NCBI GenBank assembly: GCA_964351975.1
Contig: CAYGPK010000003.1
Location: 24,738 to 88,737 of the forward strand
Direction: 5' to 3'
DNA: 64,000 bases
DNA from: an uncultured Methanosarcinales archaeon
GTDB taxonomy: Archaea; Nanobdellota; Nanobdellia; Woesearchaeales; UBA583
Position 1 is the first letter of the stretch. Every line of letters starts with the position of its first letter. Made by a program: the position numbers and the translations under genes. The notes below the pieces were generated by a model. The model was not told where the DNA came from. It saw only the letters and a program-made list of their open reading frames with translations, and ran no database searches. Below are positions 53,545-63,350 of the stretch, one piece after another.

Positions 53545-53715
53545 ATGGGTGTATTTCCAGAAGCTGAAGCAAGACTTTATACAAACGTTTACGTTTGTAA
53601 AAAATGCGAGTCTAAAACTAAAGTTGCAATCGGTAAGATTTTAGCTGGTAAAGGTGTTTGTAGACAGTGTAGTAGTTCTCATTTGAGACCTGTTAGAAAA
53701 AGAGCTAAGAAGTAG
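53545..53715 (+). CDS. rpl40e: ribosomal protein L40e (56 aa, absent from the ORF track)
   Basis: Hand translation gives MGVFPEAEARLYTNVYVCKKCESKTKVAIGKILAGKGVCRQCSSSHLRPVRKRAKK. This has the FPEAEARL start and a CxxC...CxxC zinc ribbon. Begins 2 nt after the aIF5A stop. Confidence 0.85.
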   Translation: MGVFPEAEARLYTNVYVCKKCESKTKVAIGKILAGKGVCRQCSSSHLRPVRKRAKK

Positions 53716-53775
53716 ACCCTCTTAGAGTATAATAAAATTTATAAATAAACAACTCAATTAATATATATGTGAAAA

Positions 53776-54144
53776 ATGGCAGGCTTTTTTAATAATTTAC
53801 CAAAACTAAGAAAAGAAGAATATGTGGACGACGCTGACGAAGATTATTTGTCAATTACTGAAGCAGATTCAAAAGGACAAGAAGATAAACTTCTTGAAGT
53901 AAAAGTATTTGTTTTAGATGATTATGAGAATATTAGAGATATTCTTGACGTTGTTAGAGGAGAGAAAACAATGTGTTTAATTGATATTCATCTATTAAGG
54001 AATAAAGATCCTGATGAATTAAGAAGAGCCGTTGATAAATTAAAGAAGACTGTTGAAGCTGTTGGTGGGGATTTAGTTGGATTTCATGAAAATTGGGTTA
54101 TGGCAGCACCACGAAACGTGCATATCCATAAAGGAAGACAATAA
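53776..54144 (+). CDS. sepF: cell division protein SepF-like
   Basis: Short amphipathic N-terminus (MAGFFNNL), then VKVFVLDDYENIRDILDVVRGEKTMCLIDIHLL...RRAVDKLKKTVEAVGGDLVGFHENWVMAAPRNVHI. Confidence 0.65.
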   Translation: MAGFFNNLPKLRKEEYVDDADEDYLSITEADSKGQEDKLLEVKVFVLDDYENIRDILDVVRGEKTMCLIDIHLLRNKDPDELRRAVDKLKKTVEAVGGDLVGFHENWVMAAPRNVHIHKGRQ

Positions 54145-54163
54145 TTAATAATTACTATTTCTT

Positions 54164-54272
54164 CGTTATTTTAAATCTCGTGTATTTTAAATACACTTCA
54201 ATTCAAAACACAGAAAAATTTATTCTAAATTTTTGGTGTAGCGTTAAATTGTAAATTTAACTTGTATGCCTC
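54164..54272. repeat. diverged copies (C1, C2) of the intergenic hairpin element
   Basis: C1 is CGTTATTTTAAATCT-GTGTATTTTAAATACAC-...ATTCAAAACACAGAAAAA. C2 is GTAGCGTTAAATTGTAAATTTAACTTGTATGCC. Flanks resemble copies A and B. Lies between convergent genes. Confidence 0.45.
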
Positions 54273-54381
54273 AAACTAATAATTATTAGTTGATTATTTT
54301 TTAATTCTGAATATTTAAATTTGTTTAATCTATAACTATTTTATATTAAAATTTAGAATAATCCCTAATTGAGTAAAAAAA

Positions 54382-55311
54382 TTACTTAATATTATATGAG
54401 AAATAATCGTATGCACTAATAGTGTTTTCAAAGGTTTCTTTAGCTTCAGCTTCAATATCTTTAATATCTTTGTATCTTTGTGAGAAATGAGTTATTAAAA
54501 GGGTTCCAACATTATTATCAAGAGCTATTTGAGCAGTCTCTTTAGCGCTCATATGGTCATATTCTTCTGCTTTGTGAGCGTGAGTTTCATATATGTAAGT
54601 TGCTTCCATTACAAGGTAATCACTATCTTTTACAAGTAAATCTATTTCTTTACAAGGCCTTGTATCGAATACAAATGAGATTTTAAGTCCTTTTTTTGGA
54701 TATGTTATATCTTCTGGCTTAATTATTCGCTTTTCACCATCTGTTTCAATTTCTATTGGGATTCCCATTTTAATTCTAGATAAGAGTGGGGATTTTTCAA
54801 TTCCAAGCTCTTTTGCTTTTTTTGTATCAACATTTAATGAATCTTTTTTCTTAAAAGAGTATCCAATACAAGGAACACTATGATTTAATTTTGCGCAGTT
54901 AATTTCATAGTCTTGATTTTCTAATATTGTTATAACTTCGTTTTCTTTAGGAATGTGTTCAAATACGTTAATTGGTATTTTAGATTCAAATATAGATGAT
55001 TTAAGCATGTGATCTACGTATTTTTTAGAGTTTATTGGTCCGTGAATTTCAATTTTATCAACAGAATCAACATTTGTTAGTGTTTGAATTAAACCTGGTA
55101 ATCCTAAAACGTGATCACCGTGCCAATGAGAGATAAATATTTTTTTTATTTTTCCAATTGGAAGTTTCATTATTTTAATCTGTTTTTGAGTATTCTCACC
55201 ACAATCAAATAAAAATAGATTTCCTTCATATTCTAGAGCAGTTGCCAAGTGGTTCCTATCTTTTGTTGGTACCATACAAGATGTTCCTAGAAAATGTATT
55301 TTAGTTGTCAT
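54382..55311 (-). CDS. rnz: ribonuclease Z (tRNA 3' endonuclease)
   Basis: FLGTS, the ISHWHGDHVLGLPGL metallo-beta-lactamase motif, and THFSQRY. Confidence 0.9.
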   Translation of the reverse strand: MTTKIHFLGTSCMVPTKDRNHLATALEYEGNLFLFDCGENTQKQIKIMKLPIGKIKKIFISHWHGDHVLGLPGLIQTLTNVDSVDKIEIHGPINSKKYVDHMLKSSIFESKIPINVFEHIPKENEVITILENQDYEINCAKLNHSVPCIGYSFKKKDSLNVDTKKAKELGIEKSPLLSRIKMGIPIEIETDGEKRIIKPEDITYPKKGLKISFVFDTRPCKEIDLLVKDSDYLVMEATYIYETHAHKAEEYDHMSAKETAQIALDNNVGTLLITHFSQRYKDIKDIEAEAKETFENTISAYDYFSYNIK

Positions 55312-55411
55312 TTTTTATCTTTGATGAAAAAGGTCACCGAACGAAACTTTTCGTGAAGTGGCTTGTGTCATTTTATATTAATGTTAAGAATAAGTTATTT
55401 ATAAAAGTAGT

Positions 55412-55720
55412 TTATTCTTCAAATGGTGCTTTATTATATTTTTGACTTAAGTTTGCCTTTGTAGGGTTAAACCAATTTGGAATACTAATTGTTAATATAT
55501 TTGCACCAGGTTTGTTTGGATTATATCCAAAACTTGCAGTTTTTGAACAACCAAATGTGAATTTACAAGAATCATCTCTTATTTCTTCTGCAAAATTATA
55601 TGTAGGTTCAGTAATAGTTACACTAAGTGGCTTATGAGCAACTTCCTCAGCTTCTACTTGAGTTGCTAGAGCTAGACTAAAAACTCCAGCACTTAGAATT
55701 GTTTGTAATTTTTTTGCCAT
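55412..55720 (-). CDS. small secreted protein
   Basis: The signal peptide MAKKLQTILSAGVFSLALATQVEA starts from the internal ATG. The longer track ORF would overlap sppA. Confidence 0.5.
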   Translation of the reverse strand: MAKKLQTILSAGVFSLALATQVEAEEVAHKPLSVTITEPTYNFAEEIRDDSCKFTFGCSKTASFGYNPNKPGANILTISIPNWFNPTKANLSQKYNKAPFEE

Positions 55721-55787
55721 TGTAGTTATACTAAGTTTTGAGAATTTATAAACTTTTACTTTGTTACTACTAAAAAAGAATAAAAAA

Positions 55788-56705
55788 TTATTGTAATTGG
55801 ATTTGAGATTTTGCATCAAAATTGAATAATGATTTTAATCCTAGAGCCTGTGCAAATGTTGGTTCAGGGCCATAATTAACAATAGTTATATCACCAACTT
55901 CATTTTTAATTTCAGTTATAACATTTGGATAATATCCTATTTCATCAATAAAGCCTATTTCTTTTGCTGTACTTCCTAAGAAGATTTCTCCTGTTGCGTA
56001 TTCTTTAACTTCATCGTATGTCATATTTCTTTCTTTTGCAACGTGTGTTATAAAATTACTATGAACTTCATCAAGGATATTTTGAATTTTTTCTTCTTCT
56101 TTTTGTGTTGGTTTTCTATATGGTGAGCCCATATCTTTGAACTCTCCTGCTGTTTGTTTTCTATAAGTTATATTGTACTCTTTAATAAAATTTTCAAAAC
56201 TAAGTCCAGCTGATGTTACACCAATACTTCCAACTGTACTCATAGAAGATGCGTATACTTTGTTTGCAGAGACTGCAACCCAGAATCCACCACTTGCTCC
56301 AACATCATTAATTAAAGCGTATACTGTAATGTTTTTACTTTTTACAATATCAATTGCATTTGAAATCTCCTCTGATGCAACAGGACTTCCACCTGGGGAA
56401 TTTATGTCTAATAAAACTGCTTTAACTGTATTATCATTTGATAAATCAATTAGTGTTTGAGCGATATATCTTGATGAAGTTGTACTTTGAGATAAAATGA
56501 ACGAATCTTCACTTGTTGTAATTACTCCATTTATTGGAACAATTGCAATTTTAGGTGTTAATGAGAAACTAATACTTGAAATTAAACTTGATAATATTAA
56601 TAGTGTAATAAATATTAAAACAAAAGTTCTAAATTTGAATTTGTATTTAGTTCTTCTTTTTTTATCTCCTTGATCTTCTTTATCTAATTTTATAAAATCT
56701 GCCAT
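55788..56705 (-). CDS. sppA: signal peptide peptidase SppA (S49, 36K type)
   Basis: N-terminal TM, then LDINSPGGSPVASEE, GASGGFWVA and GSIGV. Confidence 0.85.
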   Translation of the reverse strand: MADFIKLDKEDQGDKKRRTKYKFKFRTFVLIFITLLILSSLISSISFSLTPKIAIVPINGVITTSEDSFILSQSTTSSRYIAQTLIDLSNDNTVKAVLLDINSPGGSPVASEEISNAIDIVKSKNITVYALINDVGASGGFWVAVSANKVYASSMSTVGSIGVTSAGLSFENFIKEYNITYRKQTAGEFKDMGSPYRKPTQKEEEKIQNILDEVHSNFITHVAKERNMTYDEVKEYATGEIFLGSTAKEIGFIDEIGYYPNVITEIKNEVGDITIVNYGPEPTFAQALGLKSLFNFDAKSQIQLQ

Positions 56706-56810
56706 ACTAATTTAGATATTCTAAAGTTTATAAACTTTTTTCAATGTTGAAGATTTTAGTTAAAGGAAATATTTATAATAGAATTTTTTCTTATTTGATT
56801 ATAGATTAAA

Positions 56811-57296
56811 ATGGATTTAAAATTAATTAGATTAAATTTTATGGAAGTATTTTTAAACCTAAGATACAGTATTTTTGCTTTAATTAGTTTTATTATTATA
56901 TCTTCTATTTTTAATTATTTTACAAATGAAGATTTAATTTTTGGAAATTTAGGATTAATATATTTATATGCAGAATTAATATTAATGTATTTGATTGCTT
57001 TTTTATTTAGTGTTTTTCTAACTATTACAATATATAAGATAAATTATTTTAGAAGATTTGAGTCAGGTAGTGGAGTAGTTGGAGGATTTGGAAGTTTAAT
57101 TGGAATTTTAGTTGTTGGTTGTCCTGCTTGTTCAATCACACTTGCATCATATATTGGTCTTGCAAGTATACTTTCTTTTTTACCTTGGTATGGTTTAGAA
57201 TTAAAAATAATTGCAATACCTATGCTTAGTTATGCTATTTGTTCAACTCTAAAAGATTTAACTGTTTGTAAAATTAAGAGTAAGAAAAAAAAGTAA
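56811..57296 (+). CDS. membrane protein with CPAC motif
   Basis: Four TM segments, with VVGCPACSITL in TM3. Confidence 0.45.
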   Translation: MDLKLIRLNFMEVFLNLRYSIFALISFIIISSIFNYFTNEDLIFGNLGLIYLYAELILMYLIAFLFSVFLTITIYKINYFRRFESGSGVVGGFGSLIGILVVGCPACSITLASYIGLASILSFLPWYGLELKIIAIPMLSYAICSTLKDLTVCKIKSKKKK

Positions 57297-57298
57297 TT

Positions 57299-57910
57299 TT
57301 ATTTGTGAAATAGAAATAAATCTTCGTTACCATATCTAATTTTATTTCTTTTAGTATCAGCTGGATATCCAATAGGCATAACAACGCTTGGAATTAAATT
57401 TCCAGGTAGATTTAAAATTTTACTGTATTCTACAGGGTTGAACCCTTCCATTGGACAAGATTCAAATCCTAGTGCTTTTGATCCATTTAATCCATTTCCT
57501 AATGCAATATAAACTTGTTTTTGAGCCCAAATTAATTTTTGCTCTTCATTCATTCTCTCTAAAAATCCTTTCATTACATTAATATATCCAGTTATAGATT
57601 CCTCAGGTGCACCATTTTCTTTCATCATAGTTTCATAAATTTCTATTCTATCCATAACATCTGTATAAGCGCAAAAAACAAGAACGTGTGATGAAGTTGT
57701 TATTTGCTCTTGATTAAAACTTGCAGGTAATAGTTTTTCTTTAGTTTCTTTATCTTCTACTACAATCACTTTAAATGGTTGAAGTCCAAATGAAGATGCT
57801 GAAAGTTTAACCATCTCTAATAATTCACTTAAGTTTTCCTGTGAAACTTTCTTTTCACTGTCAAATTTTTTAACAGCATATCTTTCTTTTACTATATTTT
57901 TAAATTCCAT
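57299..57910 (-). CDS. NAD(P)H nitroreductase family protein
   Basis: RYAVKKFD, SSFGLQPFKVIVV and CPMEGF. Confidence 0.85.
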   Translation of the reverse strand: MEFKNIVKERYAVKKFDSEKKVSQENLSELLEMVKLSASSFGLQPFKVIVVEDKETKEKLLPASFNQEQITTSSHVLVFCAYTDVMDRIEIYETMMKENGAPEESITGYINVMKGFLERMNEEQKLIWAQKQVYIALGNGLNGSKALGFESCPMEGFNPVEYSKILNLPGNLIPSVVMPIGYPADTKRNKIRYGNEDLFLFHK

Positions 57911-58039
57911 TATAGTATTGATAAGTCTTCTTTCTTTATAAATAGATTTTTATTGTGATTCATATTTTTATTTAATTCACTACTTACTTCGAAATCAAAA
58001 TAGTTTGAAAATCAAAATATTTATAAATAAAAGTAAATA

Positions 58040-58483
58040 ATGTATATAATAATGGATTCAAATTTAGGAGATTTTAGCAATTCTTTGAGAGTTGTTGCAA
58101 AGCATTTTAAGAAAAAAATGCACTCTGATTCAGTTTGTGATAAAGATTATACTATGAAAGATTGTAGAATAATTGATATTATCGGTTCAGATAAAAAAAC
58201 AATGTCTGAGTTATCGCAAGAATTAGAGCTTACTCCTGGTTCAACTACAACTTATGTTGATAAGTTAATTGAATTTGGTCTTGTTGAGAGAGTTTATGAT
58301 AAAAAGGATAGAAGAAGGATTTTTATTTGTTTATCTAAAGAAGGACTTAAAATATATAAAATGTTTTGTAAGAAGTATTTAGAAGTTTCAAAAGATTTAT
58401 TAGTTAATTTATCTGATAAAGAGAAAGAGACTTTTATTAAACTTATGAAGAAGTCTAGTGAGGGATTAGCTAAAAATGATTGA
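58040..58483 (+). CDS. MarR family transcriptional regulator
   Basis: wHTH segment MSELSQELELTPGSTTTYVDKLIEFGLVERVYDKKDRR. Overlaps the exporter gene start. Confidence 0.8.
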   Translation: MYIIMDSNLGDFSNSLRVVAKHFKKKMHSDSVCDKDYTMKDCRIIDIIGSDKKTMSELSQELELTPGSTTTYVDKLIEFGLVERVYDKKDRRRIFICLSKEGLKIYKMFCKKYLEVSKDLLVNLSDKEKETFIKLMKKSSEGLAKND

Positions 58484-60593
58484 GAGATTAGTTAATTTTC
58501 AGATTAAATATGCTAAGATTTTTTTTATTTTGATTTTACTTTTTGTTGGACTTATGGCTTATAGTGCTAAAGATTTGAAAATTGAAACTGATTTTACTAA
58601 ACTTGTTTCAGCTCAAAGTGAAAATAGTGTTAATCTAAGAATTTTAGAAAATGCTTTTGGAGTTAACGATGGTATGGTTTTATTGCTTAAATCAGATCCG
58701 AATTCAAAATTAGAAAATCCCATAACGGATATGAGGGATCCTAGAGTTACTAGTTATTTAAATGATGTTAAAGTTGCTTTTTTACAAAGTGATTATGTTG
58801 TTGCAGTAGGAAATCCACAGTATTCTGATGATAATAGGTATGTGAGGGTGGGAATTCAATTATATACACCTGATGAACCTGGTGCTTTTAAAAAAGTTAA
58901 ATTAGATATAGAATCTTATTTAGCTGAAGTTGGTGAACCTTCAGGCACAGATGCAATTATTACAGGAATGCCAACACTTCTTGATAGGGTTTCAACCCTT
59001 TTAATTAATGATAATTTAAATACAATTTTGATTACTCTTGTTTTTGTTTTTTTAATTGTTTATTGGTATTTAAGGGATTTAGTTTTTACTTTAATTACCG
59101 TTACAACCCCACTTTTCAGTTTAATTATTTTAGCAGGTTTAATGGCATATCTTGATATTAGTGTTTCTATTACTTTAGCTGCTATTGGTGTTTTGATGCT
59201 TGGACTTGGTGCAGATTATAGTATTCACATTACAACTCATTATAGAAAAGCAAGACGTGAACATGATACTCATAGAGCAGCTTTACTTCACACTATTGAT
59301 GAATTATTTATCCCAATTACAGCGTCTTTTGTTACAACTCTTGCAGGTTTTATTGCTCTTGTGTTTGGTGTTTCTAATAGTTCTATAAGTCAAGGAATTG
59401 TTCTTAGTTTGGGAATTACTATTATTTTTTTAATAACTTTTATCTCATTTCCAGTTATGCTTACAGTTTTTAGAAATCATATTAGTATTAAATCTAACGA
59501 AACTTTTAGAAAAATTGTTAATGTGCTTGCTGGACTTGCAGTTTTTCAATCTAAAAAACCAAAAACAGTAATCGGTATCGTTGCTCTTTTAACACTTTTT
59601 ATGATGTATGGAGCATCACAGGTTCAATTTTCAACAAGTAATAGTAATTGGATTCCAGAGGGTGATCAAGTTTCAGATACTTTTAGAGAATTAAATACTG
59701 TTTATGGGAATACTGATACAATTACAATTGTTGTTAAAGCATATCAAGGTGATTTAAGAAATGTTCAAACTATGAGAGATTTAAATAGTATACAATCTTT
59801 AATTGAAGGGATTCCTAATGTTGATAGTGTGACTTCACCTTATGAAGGATTAAGTTATGATTCAACTCAAGTTTATGATGCAATTACAAATACAGATATT
59901 AGAAATAGTTTTAATCACGATTATACTTTAACTACTTTAACTATTAGAAGTCGTAATTTAAGATCCGATGATGCAGGTAATTCTATTGTACTTAGTGATG
60001 TTCGTGAAATTATAAATATGTATCCAGTTCATAACAGTGATATTAGTTTAACAGGAGATGCGGTTCAATTTCAAGAATTGGGCCAAACTCTTGAAGCAGA
60101 TGCAGGATTTACAACTATTGTAAGTTTGGTCCTAGTATTTTTGGTTGCAAGTTTAATTTATGCATCAGTTACAGTTGGAGTAATTTCATTATTTCCAATT
60201 ATAATTGCAGTTGTTTGGGCTGTTGGGTTTATGGGCTTTTTTAAAGTTCCTTTCACGACACTCTCAACAAGTATTATTGCACTTGTTATTGGTGTGGGTA
60301 TTGATTTTTCAATACACTTAGTAGACAGTATTGAGAGGTTCATTAAAAGAATGGATCTTGAAAGTGCTATTAAGGAGTCGCTTACAACATCAGGCGCAGC
60401 AATTTTATTATCTTCATTTACAACTGTAATTGGATTTATGGCTTTGCTGTTTGCAAAATTACTTGGAACTCAAAGGCTCGGTTTATCCCTTGCTTTTTCA
60501 ATAATTGCCGTTTTCTTTGTGTCAATTAGTTTAGTTCCTGCAATAATGAGTCTGAAATATAAAAATAAACAAAAAAAAGTTATTAATAATTAA
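58476..60593 (+). CDS. RND-superfamily (MMPL/COG1033-like) exporter
   Basis: Two 6-TM bundles, each followed or preceded by a large loop. Contains repeated GADYSIH / GIDFSIH motifs. Confidence 0.75.
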   Translation: MIERLVNFQIKYAKIFFILILLFVGLMAYSAKDLKIETDFTKLVSAQSENSVNLRILENAFGVNDGMVLLLKSDPNSKLENPITDMRDPRVTSYLNDVKVAFLQSDYVVAVGNPQYSDDNRYVRVGIQLYTPDEPGAFKKVKLDIESYLAEVGEPSGTDAIITGMPTLLDRVSTLLINDNLNTILITLVFVFLIVYWYLRDLVFTLITVTTPLFSLIILAGLMAYLDISVSITLAAIGVLMLGLGADYSIHITTHYRKARREHDTHRAALLHTIDELFIPITASFVTTLAGFIALVFGVSNSSISQGIVLSLGITIIFLITFISFPVMLTVFRNHISIKSNETFRKIVNVLAGLAVFQSKKPKTVIGIVALLTLFMMYGASQVQFSTSNSNWIPEGDQVSDTFRELNTVYGNTDTITIVVKAYQGDLRNVQTMRDLNSIQSLIEGIPNVDSVTSPYEGLSYDSTQVYDAITNTDIRNSFNHDYTLTTLTIRSRNLRSDDAGNSIVLSDVREIINMYPVHNSDISLTGDAVQFQELGQTLEADAGFTTIVSLVLVFLVASLIYASVTVGVISLFPIIIAVVWAVGFMGFFKVPFTTLSTSIIALVIGVGIDFSIHLVDSIERFIKRMDLESAIKESLTTSGAAILLSSFTTVIGFMALLFAKLLGTQRLGLSLAFSIIAVFFVSISLVPAIMSLKYKNKQKKVINN

Positions 60594-60600
60594 TATAAGA

Positions 60601-61824
60601 ATGGAAACAAAAAATAGAAATAAAAAATTTATGTTAATATTTATGGTTATGCTACTATCAATTTTTAGTGCATATTCATTTGACATTAGTTTAGTTAAAA
60701 GTAATCCTGCACCAATTACTGCAGGAGAGTATGCTGATATTACACTTAGGTTTACAAATCCTACAACTGATATTAGAAAAGATGTTTATTTAGGAATAAA
60801 GAATACAGATGATATTTATTCTTTATCCTCAAATGATGTTTATTATAAAAATGTTTACGGTGGAGAAGAAGTTACTAAAACTTTTAGAGTTTTTTTTTCA
60901 GAAGATATTCCTGAGGGTTATGTAAATTTAGTTGTTACAGCTAAATATGGAACTGTAAATATTGAGAAGAATGTTTTAGTTTTTGTTCAAGATGATAATT
61001 CAAATCCTGAGTTTTATATTGGACAAGTAGTTTCAACACCTGATGAATTATTACCTGATACAGATAATAATATGCTAACTGTTACTTTACAAAATTTAGG
61101 TGATAAAGATGCAGATTTAGTTTCTGCTACTTTAACAGTTGATTCTGATAAAGTTACCCCTTCTAATAGTTATAGTTTTACTGATAGTGTTTCAGAAATT
61201 ACATCTGGTAGTGAGTCTGATTTAGAATTTAAATTAGATATTGATGAAGGAGTTTATGGAGATATTCCTGCAAATTTAAATTTAAGATATAGAGCTCAAA
61301 AATCTGTTGGGAGTTCTTATGATACTTTTGAAAAATCAATTCCATTTAATATTGAAATTGCTGATGCTCCATTTTTAAAAGTTACAAATGTAGAAGCTCT
61401 GGATGGTTTTGGTATCGGAACTAGTGAGAATAAACTTAAAGTTACAATTAAAAATGAAGGAACTGATGAAGCTAAGGAAGTTAGAGTAAGAGTAGTTCCT
61501 GATTCATCTTATCCTTTTTCATATGAGCAGTTAACTGAATATGTTACTTCAAAGATTGAAGTTGGAGAAGAAGCTGTTGTAATATTTAAAGTTGAAGTTT
61601 TAAGTACAGCTGATGCTAAGAGTTACCCTACAACAGTTTTAATTGAGTCATTAGTTGATCAGACCAGATACACAAGAGAGGATACAATTACAGTTGATGT
61701 TAAAGGAGAAGAGCCTAAGAGTTTTACACAGATAGGTCTTATTATTTTAGTTTTAGTTTTAATTGTTTCATTTGCTTTTGCTTATATGAGAATTAGAAGT
61801 AGAAAGAAAAGTAATAAGAAATAA
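60601..61824 (+). CDS. S-layer-like (COG1361-type) beta-sandwich repeat surface protein with C-terminal TM anchor
   Basis: Signal peptide is FMLIFMVMLLSIFSAYS. Contains repeated '...ITLRFTN / VTLQNLG / VTIKNEG' modules. C-terminus is a TM + RSRKKSNKK. Confidence 0.65.
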   Translation: METKNRNKKFMLIFMVMLLSIFSAYSFDISLVKSNPAPITAGEYADITLRFTNPTTDIRKDVYLGIKNTDDIYSLSSNDVYYKNVYGGEEVTKTFRVFFSEDIPEGYVNLVVTAKYGTVNIEKNVLVFVQDDNSNPEFYIGQVVSTPDELLPDTDNNMLTVTLQNLGDKDADLVSATLTVDSDKVTPSNSYSFTDSVSEITSGSESDLEFKLDIDEGVYGDIPANLNLRYRAQKSVGSSYDTFEKSIPFNIEIADAPFLKVTNVEALDGFGIGTSENKLKVTIKNEGTDEAKEVRVRVVPDSSYPFSYEQLTEYVTSKIEVGEEAVVIFKVEVLSTADAKSYPTTVLIESLVDQTRYTREDTITVDVKGEEPKSFTQIGLIILVLVLIVSFAFAYMRIRSRKKSNKK

Positions 61825-61837
61825 TCTTTGATTATTA

Positions 61838-61854
61838 TTATCCTGAAAGGATAA
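61838..61854 (+). terminator. hairpin TTATCCT-GAA-AGGATAA followed by T-rich tract
   Basis: Lies 14 nt after the stop of 60601-61824. Confidence 0.5.
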
Positions 61855-61975
61855 GAAATAATTTTCTATTTTTATTCTATTTTGTAGTTTAAATATTAAG
61901 TGCAATTTTATTTGCTTTTTGTTCAGATTTTATATTTAAAAAGAAAGAATTTAAATATTTTAAAGTTTAAAATAG

Positions 61976-62215
61976 AGTGTTCCAGCTTTTTCATATGGGA
62001 GGATTCTTTTTACTTTTTCAGGATTTAAAGGTCATATTGGTTTTTATCCAATTCTTCTTGTTATTAAACAATTTGAGAAAGAACTTGTTGGATATAAAAT
62101 TGGGAAAGGTTCTATTTAATTTTCAATTGATAAAAAACTTCCTATTAAATTAATTCAAAAACTGGTAAAATTTAGAATTAAAGAACTTAAAGAAAATGAT
62201 TCTAAGTGGATGTAG
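61976..62215 (+). pseudogene. remnant of a DUF1801/YdhG-like gene (N-terminus missing, in-frame TAA)
   Basis: Frame 2 reads ...FSGFKGHIGFYPILLVIKQFEKELVGYKIGKGSI*FSIDKKLPIKLIQKLVKFRIKELKENDSKWM*. There is a TAA at 62117-62119, an upstream stop at 61973 and no start codon. Confidence 0.55.
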
Positions 62216-62254
62216 ATAATAAATGTTTTTAAATGTTTTTCTAATTATTTTATT

Positions 62255-63133
62255 ATGAAAAAAAAGTTTAGGTTTTTTATTTGGAATAAATATTTTAGTT
62301 TTATTGCAAGTTTTTTTTTGGTTTTTATTTTCATATGCTTTATTTTGTATGTTTTATTAGGTATTTTATTATATTTTAATACCGATAGGTTTTTGTATCA
62401 TCCTAATAATCAAGATTTCTTTTTATGTTCGCAGTTCGAGAATTTTACTAAAGAGAGTTTTAATGGGACAAGATTTTTTTACAAAGATATTGGATCTAAC
62501 ACAACTTTAGTTTATTATCATGGAAATGGTGGGACTGCTTGTGATAGAAGTTATTTAGCAGAGAGATTTGATAGACTTGAGGTTAATTTACTTTTTGTAG
62601 AGTTTAGTGGTTATGCTAATGATGTAAAAGAGCCTTCGAAAGAACTTTTGTTAAATGATGTTAGAAACATTGAGGGCTTTATAAATGTTGAAAATATTTC
62701 TAATGTTTCAGTTATAGGTGAGAGTTTAGGTACTGCACTTGCTAGTTATCATTCAACTATTAATGATAATGTTTATAGTTTGATTTTGGTTGCGCCATTT
62801 GATAGCGTTTATAATGTTGCAAGAAATAGGTATTTGAAGTATTATCCTATTGGTTTTTATACATTTGATAATTATGATAATATAAAGTATTTAGAGAATT
62901 ATTCTAAAAAATTAATTATTATTCATGGAAGTTCTGATATGAATATTCCTATTTTACATGCCGTTACTTTGTATGAGGCAGTTCCAACGAATGATAAAGT
63001 TTTTATTGAGTATAGAGGTGCAAGACATAATGATTTGTATAGATATTTTGATACTTACAGAGCTATAAGGGCGGGTGTTCAAAATGAATCACTTGAGGAG
63101 TTTAAATTTTATGAGTTTAGATTTAGTAGATAG
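62255..63133 (+). CDS. alpha/beta hydrolase with N-terminal TM
   Basis: Nucleophile elbow GESLGTA, then HGSSD and RHND. Confidence 0.65.
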   Translation: MKKKFRFFIWNKYFSFIASFFLVFIFICFILYVLLGILLYFNTDRFLYHPNNQDFFLCSQFENFTKESFNGTRFFYKDIGSNTTLVYYHGNGGTACDRSYLAERFDRLEVNLLFVEFSGYANDVKEPSKELLLNDVRNIEGFINVENISNVSVIGESLGTALASYHSTINDNVYSLILVAPFDSVYNVARNRYLKYYPIGFYTFDNYDNIKYLENYSKKLIIIHGSSDMNIPILHAVTLYEAVPTNDKVFIEYRGARHNDLYRYFDTYRAIRAGVQNESLEEFKFYEFRFSR

Positions 63134-63167
63134 ATTTTTATATGTTTATTTAATTATTTTAATAGTT

Positions 63168-63239
63168 GCTGCTGTAGCTCAGTGGTAGAGCGCGACATTG
63201 GTAATGTCGAGGCCCTGGGTTCAAATCCCAGCAGTAGCT
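63168..63239 (+). tRNA. tRNA-Thr (anticodon GGU)
   Basis: Hand-folded: acceptor GCUGCUG/CAGUAGC (one G-U pair), D stem GCUC/GAGC, anticodon arm CGACA-UUGGUAA-UGUCG, T arm CUGGG-UUCAAAU-CCCAG. Confidence 0.9.
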
Positions 63240-63350
63240 TTAAAGGATTTGAACTCTCTGAGTTTAACGAAGAGATACAAGAACGAACAACGTGAGTGTC
63301 TCGTATAAAGTTCCTTTGGCTTCCAAGAATCTTGAAAAGATTGTTGAGAG

